Program-made: the position numbers and the translations under genes
Shown: in pieces, positions 63,566 through 64,000 of the stretch
Numbering within the stretch: position 1 is the stretch's first letter
Layout: every line of letters begins with the position of its first letter
The notes under the pieces: generated by a model
What the model was told of the DNA's origin: nothing
The model's database searches: none
Seen by the model: the letters and a program-made list of their open reading frames with translations, nothing else
DNA from: Eledone cirrhosa
Taxonomy: Eukaryota
Direction: 5' to 3'
Length of the DNA stretch: 64,000 nucleotides
NCBI GenBank assembly: GCA_964016885.1
Contig: OZ024758.1
Location: forward strand, 31,186,001-31,250,000

Positions 63566-63839
63566 AATAATAATACAAGGACGATTTGTTGAGCCTTCAT
63601 TGCGTTTATTGATTGGTGACGCGCGTTTCGCTATTGATCAGCTCAAGGTGCAACTTCAGCTGATCAATAGGGAAACGCGCGTCACCAATCAATAAACGTA
63701 ATGAAGGGTTAAGAAATCGTCCCTGTATTATTATATTATTGCATTACCATCTGTCAAGCTCTACACCTCGCCACTGGAGTGAACCTAAACATCGAGTGCT
63801 CACCTGGGTGAACCTACAGTAACTTTACGGTACACTCCT

Positions 63840-63843
<4 letters not shown>
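63566..63843. mobile_element. Fold-back unit with partial HHR
   Basis: Arms 63566-63643 and 63658-63733. The motif CTGATCA-atagg-GAAA-cgcgcg-TC-acc has a palindromic stem III but an abnormal 5' core. Confidence 0.65.
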
Positions 63844-63891
<48 letters not shown>

Positions 63892-63917
63892 CAAAAGATG
63901 GTTAAAAGAGTTCCATG

Positions 63918-63988
63918 TATTTTATTATGCGCATTTCAAAAACAAATATCATCATGCAATAACATTTGTGTTTTCATCAAATAAAATA
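63918..63988 (-). ncRNA. Type I hammerhead ribozyme, C3U core
   Basis: tattttat-TTGATGA-aaacacaaatgttat..atgatatttgttttt-GAAA-tgcgca-TA-ataaaata. Confidence 0.75.
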
Positions 63989-64000
63989 GGAAGACATGAT

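Overview
This is AT-rich animal genomic DNA, most likely an octopod cephalopod (inferred from the tRNA/Deu-Nin-type SINE and the very long (TA)n tracts). It contains no recognisable host gene, and most ORF-track entries are microsatellite translations. The window is a transposon field. It holds four Penelope-like elements (PLEs; one with an uninterrupted 737-aa RT+GIY-YIG ORF), two R4/Dong-like RLE LINEs in (TACA)n, an RTE 3' fragment with RTE-derived bipartite non-autonomous elements, CR1-like and CRE-like fragments, Helitrons, a mariner MITE, a Chapaev3-like transposon and about ten SINEs. The main unannotated signal is in the short non-repetitive islands between (TA)n tracts. Many of them are fold-back (palindromic) or tandem units carrying type I hammerhead ribozyme (HHR) motifs. 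By eye I count about 30 complete or partial motifs from more than a dozen dissimilar families. Many have the palindromic stem III of dimer-acting PLE ribozymes, and several have variant cores (U3-A8, U3-G8, U4A, U4C) with covarying stems. All folds were derived by hand; no activity data or database searches were used.
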